63,650 nt of DNA, filler included, from Phoronis australis (GCA_002633005.1; 4 parts of 4 records of this genome joined end to end with filler, not necessarily neighbours in it); one strand, 5' to 3'; positions 1-34,288 are shown, counted from the first letter of the whole stretch. The notes: a model not told the origin generated them from the letters alone. Numbers and translations are program-made.

Positions 1-1773
1 CATTTATTGCCTGCTGAAAAGTCGTTCTGTGTTTCTACCGTTTTACTACAGGCATACTTGAACATGGCAAGCAAAGTTGTCCATCACTCCATGGTATTAG
101 CTGAAGCTTAGTTGCCGATTTCTGCAGTGATTTCACTCTTTAGCTCCTCAATACTCTTCGGAATATTTTTATCAACATGATTGTTCAAAATATGGATTGC
201 ATGTCATAGAGTACGCTCTAAATTGAATGATCTCACTGACTTTCCTAAAAAGTCAGTGTCTTAAGCAAATATAACATTAATACGGATTGTACTTGTGGAA
301 TCACAATCCATCCATCCTAACACTATCTTCCTTCTCTAACTCTCCCCAACATTGTCAATCACCACCGTATGAGGCTCAAATGTGATCACTACCAATGATC
401 ATTCGAATCGAATCAGCAAGGCTCAATAATGAAAAGCTGTGAATTTTGAAGAGTGTATGTGTAACACAAAGGTAGGAGATACTGTGCCGACAAAAGTTAC
501 TGTTTTAACCGTTTGTGTGACTATGAAAAATATTTTGCCGCATGGTTGTATGATAGCAGAATAATGGAAAACTTTAAACAAGCAGTACACCTATATGACG
601 GTGAGAAACCAACACCAAATGTTTTAAAAGAGATGAAAACGTATTTCGATCATGAAAATGTTTCCCGGCCAGCAAGTCTGCTACGAGCCAAAAGGTGGCG
701 CTTAGTACAAATATAAACAGGCATTCAAACGGTGACAAACCAACAGTAGTTGTTTGAAGTTGATTGAGATGCAGTTTTTATTTTTAGTATAGTTTGGCAG
801 TGATGTTAATATAAAAGACTCGTTTTAAAAAGGAAAATGTGTGAATTGATGCTGACTTCTTCGACCGGATAAAAAATTTATGTAGATGAATAGTGCTTGA
901 CTAAGTTAGCATGGGTACTAGTTTGATGTAGTAACTGCATCCCCATTTATCTTAATACATTCCATGGTAAAGCCATAGCGTAAGAAAAATCTTTTCATCC
1001 AAGGTTTCCAATGGTACTTCAACAACAATAATAATAGCAAGGAAAATCATATTGTTTCTGACGGTAGTTGTTATTGTTCTGAATGAAATATTTTGGAATA
1101 CTATGTGATTTGTATATAATATGGAGATATAATGTCATATTTCGTAGTCAATACATTGAATTTTTGACTCCTAATACATTTATCCCATGCACGTTGAATC
1201 TGTCGAGGGAAATACGGCCATGTAATAAAGTTTTCCGTATTCACCTCCCGCACTACTTCAACAGCGACCACTGACATGGAAAGTTCAAAAGGTAGGTCAA
1301 TGCCGACTCGACGTCTTCAGCCTGTTCGATAATAAAACTTTCCGAGTAATACAGTTGCAGCAGTGTAACTAACACTCGATATGCAACCAGGCCCTAAATG
1401 TAAAATCTGGAACAAAACTGTTAATCATAAGACAGTTATGTCTTGTATTTCAATTGCTGAATACTATAACCTCTGCAACTCAGGCGCCTATTCCTAGGGA
1501 AGTAAAATATCAAATATTGTTGTTTTTTAACTATTTCCAGGAGATGTCACAAGTTCAATGCACAGTTGCCGTTGTTTTCATCTTTACTACCTCTTTTCAA
1601 GAAATAAATCGTTACTTTTAAAACTGTTTCTTTCACAAGTGAAAACTTGCAACCTAACTCGCCAGTACATTCATAAAGGATGTGATCCGCCATGTTAACA
1701 GTCTGGGTGAAGTATTTGAAAAATCTGCCGAAAAAATGTAAGAAACTTAGAGATTCGAAGCGCATGGGATAAA

Positions 1774-1896
1774 TACAAAACGTACCTCGATTGGCGTACA
1801 TGATGTAATATCCCACTCCATCTTATTCCGCGTATTACGCAGAATAAGGTTGAGTGGGTTATTACTTCATGTACGTCACTCTCGGTACATTTTGTG
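1774..1896. repeat. Palindromic (foldback) miniature element
   Basis: Arms of about 55 bp around a GCGTATTACGC centre. Half-copies of the same family lie at 45418-45462 and 46270-46330. A structurally similar hairpin lies at about 29130-29260. Confidence 0.65.
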
Positions 1897-2310
1897 TGTG
1901 TATGTTAACAACGTTCCAAGTTATACTACCCCTGAACGTTAGTAACTGTACGTTTATTGTTATGCTTGAACTGTAATGTTCATGTATGTGTTAGCTGAAA
2001 TACACATTTTGGTGTGCTTTGGAGATTTGATTTGTTACATATATATCATTATTTTCTTGAAATTACAATTACATGTACTTCATAGAGATTTAAATTATTC
2101 TTTCTCGTTTTGCAATATTAGCCTCTGTCTCTGCGTCATGAGCACGTGACACAACTCGTATGTATTTTAATTATTTTATTTCATCCTGATTCTAATGTCA
2201 CATTTCTTTTTAATTGTAAAATACCGAAGCACCAGGTGAACACAAACCTCCGTCTAGGCTTCACAGTTCCTCCACCAGGCTACTTTCTTTACGTTTAAAA
2301 CCAATATTAA

Positions 2311-3626
2311 AGGCGAAGGCAAAAATTTTTCATGTCATTTTTAGCAAAAATAGGGTTTGTTGATTATCTCAGACATATTTTTCACTTATTTACAGGTTTT
2401 CGTAATTTAATTAATTACTCGTCGTCTACTCCGGAAGTGACGTTTTGGGAGGCAAAAAAATTTGCGCCAATTTCTTTTCATACAGTCTGACTGTGCGAGC
2501 AGTCGAGTCAATCATTGTTCTACCTCGGTTGTAATAAGTTCGTTCGTCGTTTTCTTTTGTTTACGAGTCAGTCAACGTATCACACTGTTGCTACCTACCG
2601 AGAAGTGCTCATTATCGTCTCACGTACAGAGGAAGAACTGTCCCACTTGCCGAGTGTCCCGCGACACACTCCCAGCGGATGGTGACTTGAGCACCCAAAC
2701 TGCTTGCATCCCGCCGTGCGACTCCCTCGTCACACACGTGGCACCTTCTAAATAGCTCCAATACAAGTCCACAATAAACTTATCAAACTTAGGCTCACAG
2801 ATCTGTTTATTGGATGACGAACTGTCCTTTTCACTGGGTGTCAAACTGGGCCTGTATTCACTCCCACTACTCAACATCGCTGCAGGGCTGCTTACAGGCT
2901 CTGGGCTAGAGACAACAGCACACGGAAAATCACTGCTAGTTTCTGGAATTGCACGCTATGGGGTACGTTCGGAGGCATGGGTGACAGTAGATGAAGTGCC
3001 TCCAGTCACTGTTTGTAGTGGCCACAGCTCGCGAGGTTTCTCGCTTCAAAAACGCACTTCTCGGGGGTGGTGACGGGGCACTGCCGGGAATCAACAGCGA
3101 TGGCCGGTGTGTAACCCTTCTTCAGGTGTTGTTTCGCAGGGACCTTCATCAATTCAGCGTACCTATCTCTGTCGTAATCTGACGGCTGAAAATGCTTGCC
3201 ACTGCTTTGTACGTAGCGTGAACGGGAAGCTCTGCGTTCTTCCCACGAACGACTTAACCAAGTACGGCAAAGTGTGTCATCCTTCGGAAAGCGATGCAAG
3301 GTACCCAAAGCGCGCGTGAGACGATAATGAGTACACCTTGGTAAACAGCAACAGTGCGGCATGTTGACTGACTCGTAAACAAAAGCAAACGACGACCGAA
3401 GTTATCACATCCGAGATAGAACAATGACTGACTTGACAGCTCTCACAGTCTGACTGTATGAAAAGAAATTGGCGCGATATTCTTGCCTCCAAAAACGTCA
3501 CTTCCGGAGTAGAGGACGAAAATTTAATTAAATTACGAAAAGCTGTAATTAAGTGAAAAATATGTCTGGGATAATCAACATACCTTATTTTTGCTAAAAG
3601 TGACATGAAAAAAGTTGCCTTCGCCT
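2311..3626 (-). mobile_element. Non-autonomous Kolobok-like DNA transposon with about 313-bp TIRs and a decayed THAP/transposase 5' fragment (copy A)
   Basis: TTAA|AGGCGAAGGC...GCCTTCGCCT|TTTA, i.e. a TTAA target with RR..YY termini. Arms are 2311-2624 and 3315-3626. The minus-strand ORF 3006-3362 is a THAP finger (MPHCCCLPRC..HRFPKD..W..KHF..LKKGYTP). Downstream frameshifted KFIVD..VLELFRRCHVC..GAQVTIRWEC..GKWDSS resembles the Kolobok transposase N-terminal region. Confidence 0.8.
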
Positions 3627-4539
3627 TTTAGTGTTCAACCTCTTATAACTACGATTGAGTCCATATTGGTAGAGTGGTGATTTAACGAACTCAACTTTAC
3701 AGTATTTGGCAACAGTTTCCTTCAATGACTTTCAACAACATTCCAATACTTTGCCGAACAAGCTTTTTGGACTCCAAGTTGGACGTCTGGCCATTGATAT
3801 GAAATACATCGCAATCAACATTATCAAAAGATAATTTTTTTACAGAATAATTTGTCCACACAACGTCTCGTATCCATCAGTGAAGCGGTGTTTCAGACAA
3901 TTTACAATCTCAAAATGGGAACAAGACGGGAGTGTGAGGATACGTAGCATCACAGATAAATCCAGCGCGTTTGTGCAAAGAAACAAGAGTGAATGAAAGG
4001 TGCCTTGAGTACATGTATTTTCCGTCACCTCTAGATTATCGTTTCTTGTGATAAGTATTGAGTTTATTCCATCGGAAATTATTGAATGGTCACAATAGAG
4101 TGAACTATTAAGCGATCTACATTTTGCATGCTGAGGCTCTGCTACAAACACTGAAAATGCTTCTTTTGACCTGATAATTTTAAGTTTCAAATAGGTGTTA
4201 AAAAACAAGGAACGGTTTTATGAATAAAAATTTGACACAAAAATGAGGGATCCGTCTGAAATTGCTTTGTGAAGTCTTGTTTTCTGAAAAAAACATGATT
4301 AAGCGTGTCGTGGTTACTTCACAGTAACACATGCGTTCAACACATGTTTTATTCAGTATCGATGATATACTGTCAGAAGTTCGAATGCTTCATGACACGA
4401 TATCTGGTAGAATGTATAGACGATAAAATTGTTGATTGTTTAAACAGTTACAATTTTAAACTGTGGGGGTTCATGGAGGTTGTGTGTCTCAGTGCATTCC
4501 TATCTAATCAGCTCTTGAGGGGCCTTACACGAAACACGT

Positions 4540-5336
4540 TAATGAGTACATCCCGGCACGCAGCAACAGCGTAGCATGTTGACTGACTTGTAAACAAAAG
4601 AAAACCACGACCGAACTTATCACAACCGAGGTAGAACATTGACTGACTCGACAGCTCTCACAGTCAGAATCTAATGAAAAGAAATTGGCGCGAAACTCTT
4701 GCCTCCCAAAACGTCACTTCCGGAGTAGAGGACGAGAAATTACGAAAAGCTGTAACAAAACTAGGTGTAAAATGTGTAACTTCATCAACGATAGCACAAT
4801 ATTATTTACCTTATAACTTGTAAAAAATGTTCTATCCAATACGTAGGACAAACTCAACATAATCTACAAACTCGGTTTCGTAATCATAGATTTAACATAA
4901 TACATAAAAACATTTCTGATACTATAGGTAATCATTTCAATTCCAAAAACCATAATATTCAAGATCTTTCTGTACAAATAATAGAAAAACTCCAACACCC
5001 CAGTACCCCTCACAGACTTAAAAGAGAACAATATTGGATAGACAAACTGAATACAATAGAACCTCATGGATTGAACATAAAAACTTCTTAAAATATGTCA
5101 TTGAATTTTTTACGCAAAAATGTATCATTTTCATTACACCATATCTTATATGTCAATTGTCATTTTGTGTTTGATTTTACTTTATTTCTGTTTTTGTTGA
5201 TAAAGGAAGTTGTTACCTCCGAAAATTTCAAATTTCAGTTGATCCATTCTTGTTGTTTTATTTACCGATTGTGTCTGGGATAATCAACGAACCTTATTTT
5301 TGCTAAAAGTGACACGAAAAAAGGTTGCCTTCGCCT
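4540..5336 (-). mobile_element. Kolobok-like element, single arm (copy B), interrupted by an AT-rich insert at about 4756-5271
   Basis: 4540-4755 matches the copy A right arm. The arm resumes at about 5272 and ends GCCTTCGCCT|TTAA (5337-5340). Confidence 0.75.
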
Positions 5337-6214
5337 TTAAATACCCGTGACTGCATGTGGGAAATTGCGATTGCGTGCGCTGAAGTTGATATTTTCAAAG
5401 TACAATTACACCACTGTCAAAGGTTGAAAAGTGAGTTTTTTGATATCTTTCTATAGAAGAAGCTTTTCTCTCTCTGATGAAATCGTTTGTTTTCTTTTAA
5501 ATGAAACTTAACTCCTGATATTAGTCCGGGGAAGGAGACCAAAAACGGCGGTTTAGCTACTGTAGTTGTCCCTTCCTGGTTATCTCTTCCTGCTTGCACT
5601 AATATACTTTGACACCAAGTGAGATTTTGCCTTCGAAACACTTCATAACATGCCCAAAACACGAGCGTTACATTACAAACACTAAAGTACGAGTGAAAAA
5701 TAACACCGTAAAATTAAGAACGAATATACGAGTGTAAAATTACGAACGTAAAATTATGAGCGAAAAATACAAGTCCAAAATTACGAGAGAAAAATAAGAA
5801 TCCAAAATTACGAGCGTACGCCTGCTTCAGAACTCACGTGACCTACACACCAATTTTTTATTGAAATGTCGGATGTAATTACAAGTGTAATTATGTGGGT
5901 CACTTTCACCCGAACGGCCAACGGGTATACATGTACATGTATGCTACCGGTCGGCCGGGTGTGCATAGAGACAGCCTCGGCAAGCAAACAGCCGGAAGTT
6001 GATAAGCACAAGCTGACCAGTGTGGCAAGCTCAATCGTGGCGCTCTGAAATGCATTCGACAGCCAAATGAGTCCCAGGATTGGCCGCTGCGAATTTCGAA
6101 AAAGTTTCTATATCTCGATAAATGCACCGTATCGACCTTTGTAATCGGTTTCAGAATTGGCCTTTTGAAAATTTTGCGTGCTGCGGCAATGCAGCAGCGT
6201 ACCAGCAAGGTGTG

Positions 6215-6314
6215 NNNNNNNNNNNNNNNNNNNNNNNNNNNNNNNNNNNNNNNNNNNNTTAATTAATTAANNNNNNNNNNNNNNNNNNNNNNNNNNNNNN
6301 NNNNNNNNNNNNNN
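6215..6314. other. Artificial scaffold spacer (44 N + TTAATTAATTAA + 44 N)
   Basis: Exactly 100 bp. The 12-mer gives stop codons in all six frames. Identical spacers occur at 36486-36585 and 60999-61098. Confidence 0.92.
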
Positions 6315-6806
6315 TCTAAATCAATTTTAATCGATTTAAAAATCGATATCATACCAGTAAAACAGTTTGTGGTTGAAGTAGAGTTGCTGTAAACCACTTT
6401 CCACTATTTTCTTGGCCTTTTTCTGTGTGGTTTTCTGTCCTTTCAAAAGGCGGCAGCACATGACGACCATAGGTGTCATTATAAAATGGCTGCCGAAAAC
6501 CAATGCACAGTTGAACAACTCGGCTTAAGTAAAAGAAAACGTTTGAATCAACGAATACTATATATTTGTGAGAGTTAAATCAAGTCCTATTCAGATCATA
6601 ACTTTGAAGTGGAATAATTGGGTGAGTAAGACAACAAGCCGGTTTTATGCTTAGGCGGACGACTATAGGGTTTCGGAGTGTACTCAGGTCGTGCTCGTTG
6701 TTAACCCTTATTACATGGTTAGACTAGAGGATGTTATAAGGATCCAAGAAGTACCTACCCCATAACTAATACACAATCCATAATTGATTCGCTCCCAAAG
6801 AACACA

Positions 6807-6840
6807 CCGCCATTTTGAACTTACCGCAAACCCGGAAGTA
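6807..6840. promoter_or_regulatory. Housekeeping-type promoter core upstream of ANKRD42 (YY1-like and ETS motifs)
   Basis: CCGCCATTTT at 6807-6816 (YY1 consensus) and CCGGAAGT at 6832-6839 (ETS/GABP), in a locally CpG-richer patch about 2.4 kb upstream of the first resolved ANKRD42 exon. Confidence 0.5.
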
Positions 6841-8856
6841 CAATTCATTCAGGAACCCAGGGAGGCTAAGAAAACGCTGTCAGTGCTACTGGAGCAGTGC
6901 CTGTTACCAGCATGCAAATGGGGATAAAATAATCGACAGCGCGCCTTCATTTTAATGAAATCAAAATACAGACAATATTATCGAATTTGCTGAAGAAATG
7001 TGGCGAATAAATTTTTACAGAAATTATTTTGCTTCACCCGGGACCGCAGCCTATTGGACCCGGTGCGGATCAAGACACTGGCGAATGGTAAAAGCATTTT
7101 GCAAGCTGTTTTGTGCAAGTAAATTGTTCAAATCTGTATATATTCAAAGGTAGTTTCAGACACTTGCATAAAATTATTGGCTGGTTAGACCTGTGTCACA
7201 GTGCCGTGGCAGCCCTTGGCTTAGCTAGCCTCAGTGCCAGCTACCAGTATAAAGACTATCTTCAAAGTACAGCTTGTTAGTAGGCCTATACAACTACCCT
7301 TAGTTACCCTTAGGCCTACCTGGTCCATGGTCACAGCGCTCGCTCAAATGAGGTTTATTTAGAACTTGGGGTCTTCTGGCGAACTTTGCAAAGTTCAACA
7401 GAGATTTTCCCAGACTTTGTATGAGCGCACCAAGCCTAAAAAAGGGGGGCTGGAATTTTTGGGAATGTCTACCTTTTACTATAAGACTCGCTGGGTATGT
7501 TCAGAGCAATGAATTGCAGACGCAAAATTTTGGTACTTCCTGTCTTATAGTGGAATCTTGTCTTGTTTTCTACTTTTTTCGGAGTTCATGCTCTTCTGAC
7601 TGAGGCAGACCTTTTCCATTTTTCCAAATAGAGGGCTCGTTCGAGCACATAAGTATGACAAGTCCAATACAAAATGTTATCATTTTGTATTCATTAAGCC
7701 AAAATGATTCAACCTTTTAACATAATAAGTAACTTAAAATGCACAATACTTAACAACATTTAGCATTACAACCAGCTATTCAACAGCACAAGCTTCTATG
7801 ATATGCAAGTGGACATACCGGTACATGTAACTGTAACCATGGTGACTGAATAGTGCTTCCTTACACCAGAATTTGACAAGCATGATTTAAAAAATATGAA
7901 GTTACAAGAAACAAGAATTGGAGGCTTGAAGCTTCAAAACCTAATATAGCTTATTTCTCAAATTAAGATTCTTCATATTGTTGACTTGATAACCTGAATT
8001 AAGAAGCAATAAGTTACAAAACATGACTTGAAAGCAATTTAGACTTAAAATTTAGAAAAAGTATGAATCATTTTGTGACACCTAATCAAGCCTTGAACAG
8101 CAGTTGACAGTCAAACAAAAAACATTTCAAAATTATTTCAACAGTATTTTTTTAGCTTAGTGTAAGATCACCTGAATGGGAAATTCACAGTAAAATAATT
8201 TGATTATATCTTATATTTTTGCACCAAAAAAACCCGAAAATTGAACAAATTTCCTTTTTGTAGCAACGTTTGTCATAATGTATCAGTGTAAATCTTCACA
8301 AATTACAACTATGAAAGAAACAGGTTGAACATGCCTTCCAGTTCAGCAAAAGTCGCCATGTTGTCGGTGCCGCCAGAGATGAGACTTAAGTCCAACGGGA
8401 ATTGTGAGCACATTTATCACTTAATAAGTAACAACTGCGAAGCTGAAATTTGGTGAAAACTGTTGAATCATGCAGAATACTAAGTGAAGATATGTCTCAC
8501 TAAATTTCACTGTAAATTGTGGGTGAAAACAATTTACACAAAGTTTTAAACTCGTAACTTATCCTGCTGTTCTCCAATATGGCCGACGCGATTCAAACAA
8601 AGTGACCCAAATTTCGTCACAAAAATTGCAATAACTTTACACTGCTTGCAACGATTTTGATACTTTTTTGATTTTTACTGAGTAGAAAGCACTTTCTTTC
8701 TGATGATAGCAAAGTACTTCAAAACGAAAAAAAAATCAAAACGAAAAAATTGATTCGACTCATATTGGTTCCTAGGTTCGACCACCTTACGTAAGGCATA
8801 GAGTCACAGTCAGTAACAGTAACGACAATGAGGATGAGATTCTAACTGGGATAATT

Positions 8857-8965
8857 TTGATATAGATATGGGACACCAGTGACACCTACAGTTGATATAG
8901 ATATTGGACACCAGTGACACCTACAGTTGATATAGATATGGGACACCTGTGACACCTACAGTTGA
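8857..8965. repeat. 35-bp minisatellite x3
   Basis: GATATAGATATGGGACACCAGTGACACCTACAGTT repeated. Confidence 0.9.
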
Positions 8966-9239
8966 CAAATAACTTGTACTCATGTCTTTCACGCAAGAGA
9001 TAATGTCATAAGAGTCAGTTTAATTTAGTTTGTATAACCACAATATTTTTGTGCATGTGGCTGTAAAGTAAACTTTTAGAAGACTTATCATTGCAGATCA
9101 AGGTATTGACTACTTTCACTTGAAGTTGATTTACTATAAAGACAAGTACACAAACCCTGTCTTTGGCATGCATTTTGTTTTCAAATGAATTGATTAACCA
9201 GACATGATCAAAAGGTATATAATCATATGTTTGTCACAG

Positions 9240-21021
<11,782 letters not shown>

Positions 21022-22148
21022 TCATTTGTTAGAACAGTCTGTCTTCAATACAGATGCCATTTTACAGAAATAACATCTGAATTATAGAGTGAGGAAACTG
21101 GTCAATTTGATTGATGGTGACCTTTGCAAGATGTCTGCTTTTGATGTAACCGAAACTAGCTGCGTGTTCCGTAGAGGCGAGAATCACCCGACAACGCAAG
21201 AACTTGCAAGACTTGGCAAGTTATTGTATTACAAGCAAAGTAGTCCTGATCACAGCTCCTTAGCAAGATTCTTGCATCTACTGAACTCTATGCAGATATA
21301 TGTTCTGACTAATTACTGCTTGTGCCTAGCGCTATAAGTGATGGAAACATCTGCCTGTTTATAATATTGCAGAAAATCTCAGCTGCTTATTTCACAGGCT
21401 TTTTTCCACGAATATGTTTCTTTGTTTACATTGGTCAGGAGTAAATGCATTGTTTTTTGACATTCCTTGAAGCATCTATAAACCCGCCTGCTATTAACGT
21501 TCTAAACAGGGCACAATACAGTACATAACAAAAAGAAAGTATGGTTTTCCTTGCGTAGTGACAGGTGATGACTAGCCATGGTGGGTCATTCAAACTCCTG
21601 ATTGTGTATTCAGCTTGTACTCAACTGTTATGACCGGGAATTTTGCTTACACCCAGCTGTTGTTAGAGGAAATTGCAGGTCATTTTGATTGTTTTTGGTG
21701 TGCAGTGTACATTGTAACGAGATTCGACTCGTGTTTTACCGGTAGTGAAAAAGTTTACCATTTGTAACCTTTTGGGGAAATTATTTACTAAATGGTGACA
21801 GATTTTGTATTTGCACCTTAATTTATATATGTGAATTCTTTACTTTTAATTAAAATTTGGATGTTGTTTTTTATTTAATCTCTGTCTGGCTTATCTTAAA
21901 CTATCGTGTGCTCATTAGTTTATGGCTAATGAATTATGGAGTTTAAGTGTTTATGATTATGAATGTTGACATTCCAATAACTGTTATAATTTTACTTTTG
22001 ATGTTTTTATTACAACTTTTTCCAACATGATATATTACAATAACTGTGCAGATTGCTTTTTATTACGGCATTGTCAGTTGTCTGCCACTCTGGGCTTACA
22101 CATTGTCTTTTATGTCAATCAGAGGCTTAAACTTATTAAAAAGTATTC

Positions 22149-22158
22149 AATAAATAAA
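22149..22158 (+). terminator. Polyadenylation signal, likely ANKRD42
   Basis: Overlapping AATAAA hexamers (22149-22154, 22153-22158) at the end of a T-rich region about 1.1 kb after the stop codon. Confidence 0.55.
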
Positions 22159-22163
22159 CATGA

Positions 22164-22169
22164 TTTATT
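22164..22169 (-). terminator. Candidate polyadenylation signal for MARS2 (alternative at 22876-22881)
   Basis: TTTATT on + is AATAAA on -, about 1.86 kb downstream of the MARS2 stop. Confidence 0.35.
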
Positions 22170-23140
22170 TAACGAGAAGTTCTTGAGAATAGGACACAGT
22201 TATTTGCTTCACACAGTTCTATAGACCCAACCCAAAATATCACATGTCACAGTTTGAAGGTTATAAGTTCCCCAGGTGTACCCTATCAACCAATCACAAT
22301 TTTCCAGAACTATTTTGACTTGTGTTGTTCTAATGCTGGTTAACTTTTACTGTTTGACAATCGATTACAACACTGACATCAAAAAAATGATAAGCCTACT
22401 GTGTAAATACTGTTCTCAGCTTTGTCCACCTCACCTACCTCCGTCAAAAGAAAAATATTAAAGGCATTGCGATGCCTAAATTGCTTCATAAATCTGCAGG
22501 CCACAGAGGTCAAGCCCATTGCACAAAACTAATTAATAGGCTTTTCCTGAGAGGGACTGGAGAAGTCTGTAGGCTACATCCATCTGTTATTGGTGCTTGA
22601 TGTTTGTCACTGCCCACAGATGGCGTCCACAACCACTGCTTCCACTTGTCTTCATTTCACTGAACCTTCTATCCAGAAGGATCAGACTACAGCAAGATTT
22701 ATCATGTGACTGGTGCATTAACATTCCTATAGGTACATTGTGATCATTGATCACTGCATAGTTTAACCAAAACTGTTTTTACACACTCACATTCAACCAG
22801 AGCCCATAAAAACCTACGTAAATAATAAGCTAAGAGAGGCGCATATTTCATTGAACAAATGATGTTTAACCCAAATTTATTAAGTTACTACATAGCGCTG
22901 GCCCTCGTGAACTGTTAAATTACTGTAACTATTCAGAAGAGCACCAGCGCCTTCTGTCTGTGGCAGATGTTCACAAGATTTATTTGACCGTCTCAGTGAT
23001 CCTCATTCATGATGACAGAAACAATTACAGTGTTATTCATCGCCTATTTAGCTCACAATATGGCAGACGTAAAAAAAATCTATTTAGATTTTATATGAAT
23101 ATATATTTTGAACCTGCATGGAAATATACATCGCAAACAT

Positions 23141-23505
23141 CTGAAGTCTGGTCCGCATGCCACCTGTTGGCCACATCACGTGACTTAATGAGCACAAGTC
23201 TGAAAATATTTCTGCCACAATCCGGACTTGAACCCAGGACCTTCTGCTAACTGTGCAGACGCTCTAGTCCACTGAGCCATCAGGACCACTGGTCGAGCAC
23301 AGAAATCCAACCAGATTTAGTAGAGGGCATCCTGCCCGTAAACTCCAGAGTGTACAGATGTGTAAATATAGATCGCAAACCTGCATACCATCTGTTGGCC
23401 ACAGTTAGCAGAAGGCCCCGGGTTCCAGTCCCAGTTGGGGCAGAAATTTTCAGACTTATCTTCATTAGGTCACGTGATGTGGCCAACAGGTGGCCTGTGG
23501 ACCAG
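23141..23505. repeat. Inverted pair of tRNA-derived (SINE-like) arms
   Basis: Arms 23141-23256 and 23400-23505 are reverse complements. The minus-strand copy has an A box (TGGCTCAGTGG, 23269-23279) and a B box (GGTTCAAGTCC, 23224-23234) but no complete cloverleaf. Confidence 0.65.
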
Positions 23506-24029
23506 TCTTAAAATGTGATAAAATTATTTAGAGATTTTAGTCTATTTTTAGGTTTGTTTGTGCTGCAGGAATAAAATAGTGAGGAATTAATTAGGGCGCA
23601 AACATCACTTCCAGAGTGATGCATGCATAAATAATTAATTAGAAAGAAACATTTGAATCCTCAAATTGCAATGTTATGAGCGAGCACTCAAAAAGAGGCG
23701 CGGTTTATAATATGAGACACTCTGTTGAGAAATCTTGGTATTTGGAATGGAAATAAAGTGTTTGGTACACACATTTTTTCCATAATTCAAAATTCCAGAC
23801 CTGACTCCAATCCAAACTGACTCGTGAAACAATAACCTTTCATTTATGTAGTGCATGCTAGTAAGACTGTAAGCTGACTCATCAAACAATAACTTTTCAT
23901 TTGCATGCTCTTGCAACACTTGCAAGAAATTATCCTAGTGGACTGCACTTGTGTGCACCACTAGCTCCCCCTCAGTACCAATAAACACATCACACAATCT
24001 GGCGCCACGTCCTAACGGTCAGGCTTTCA

Positions 24030-33898
<9,869 letters not shown>

Positions 33899-34186
33899 CT
33901 AAAAAAAATTGTTTTTCAGTTAAACCGCATCACATTGATACATTGCAAGCTCCGCACCCTTGCGAAATGTCAACAAAAACAATGAGTTTTACCCGCCAAC
34001 ATGTTGTTTGTTGGGTAAAATGGCAGCTCTGACATGAAAGTGTGTCAAGAACGCTGCATTCTCATTGGTCAGTTAAGCCGTCACTCAAAATTCTGGCGAT
34101 AGGTCAGTTACTGCAAGCCAAGGTTGCTGTTATCAAATCAATGTGTATATAGTCCAGATGACTTGGGAATTGTGGAATGAAACATG

Positions 34187-34288
34187 TCAGCTGCCACTAT
34201 AAACTATCAGCTGCCACTATAAACCATCAGCTGCCACTATAAACCATCAGCTGCCACTATAAACCATCAGCTGCCACTATAAACCATC
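34187..34288. repeat. 20-bp minisatellite x5
   Basis: CAGCTGCCACTATAAACCAT repeated. Confidence 0.9.

Noticed and set aside
3006-3362. Host THAP transcription-factor gene
   Set aside because: It lies within TIRs and a TTAA site, the C-x2-H Cys is degenerate, and the downstream transposase sequence is frameshifted.
2311-3626. piggyBac assignment based on the TTAA TSD
   Set aside because: The termini are AG..CT rather than CC..GG, and THAP is present, which fits Kolobok.
6259-6270. TTAATTAATTAA as a biological motif
   Set aside because: It sits centred in identical 44-N flanks three times, so it is an assembly linker.
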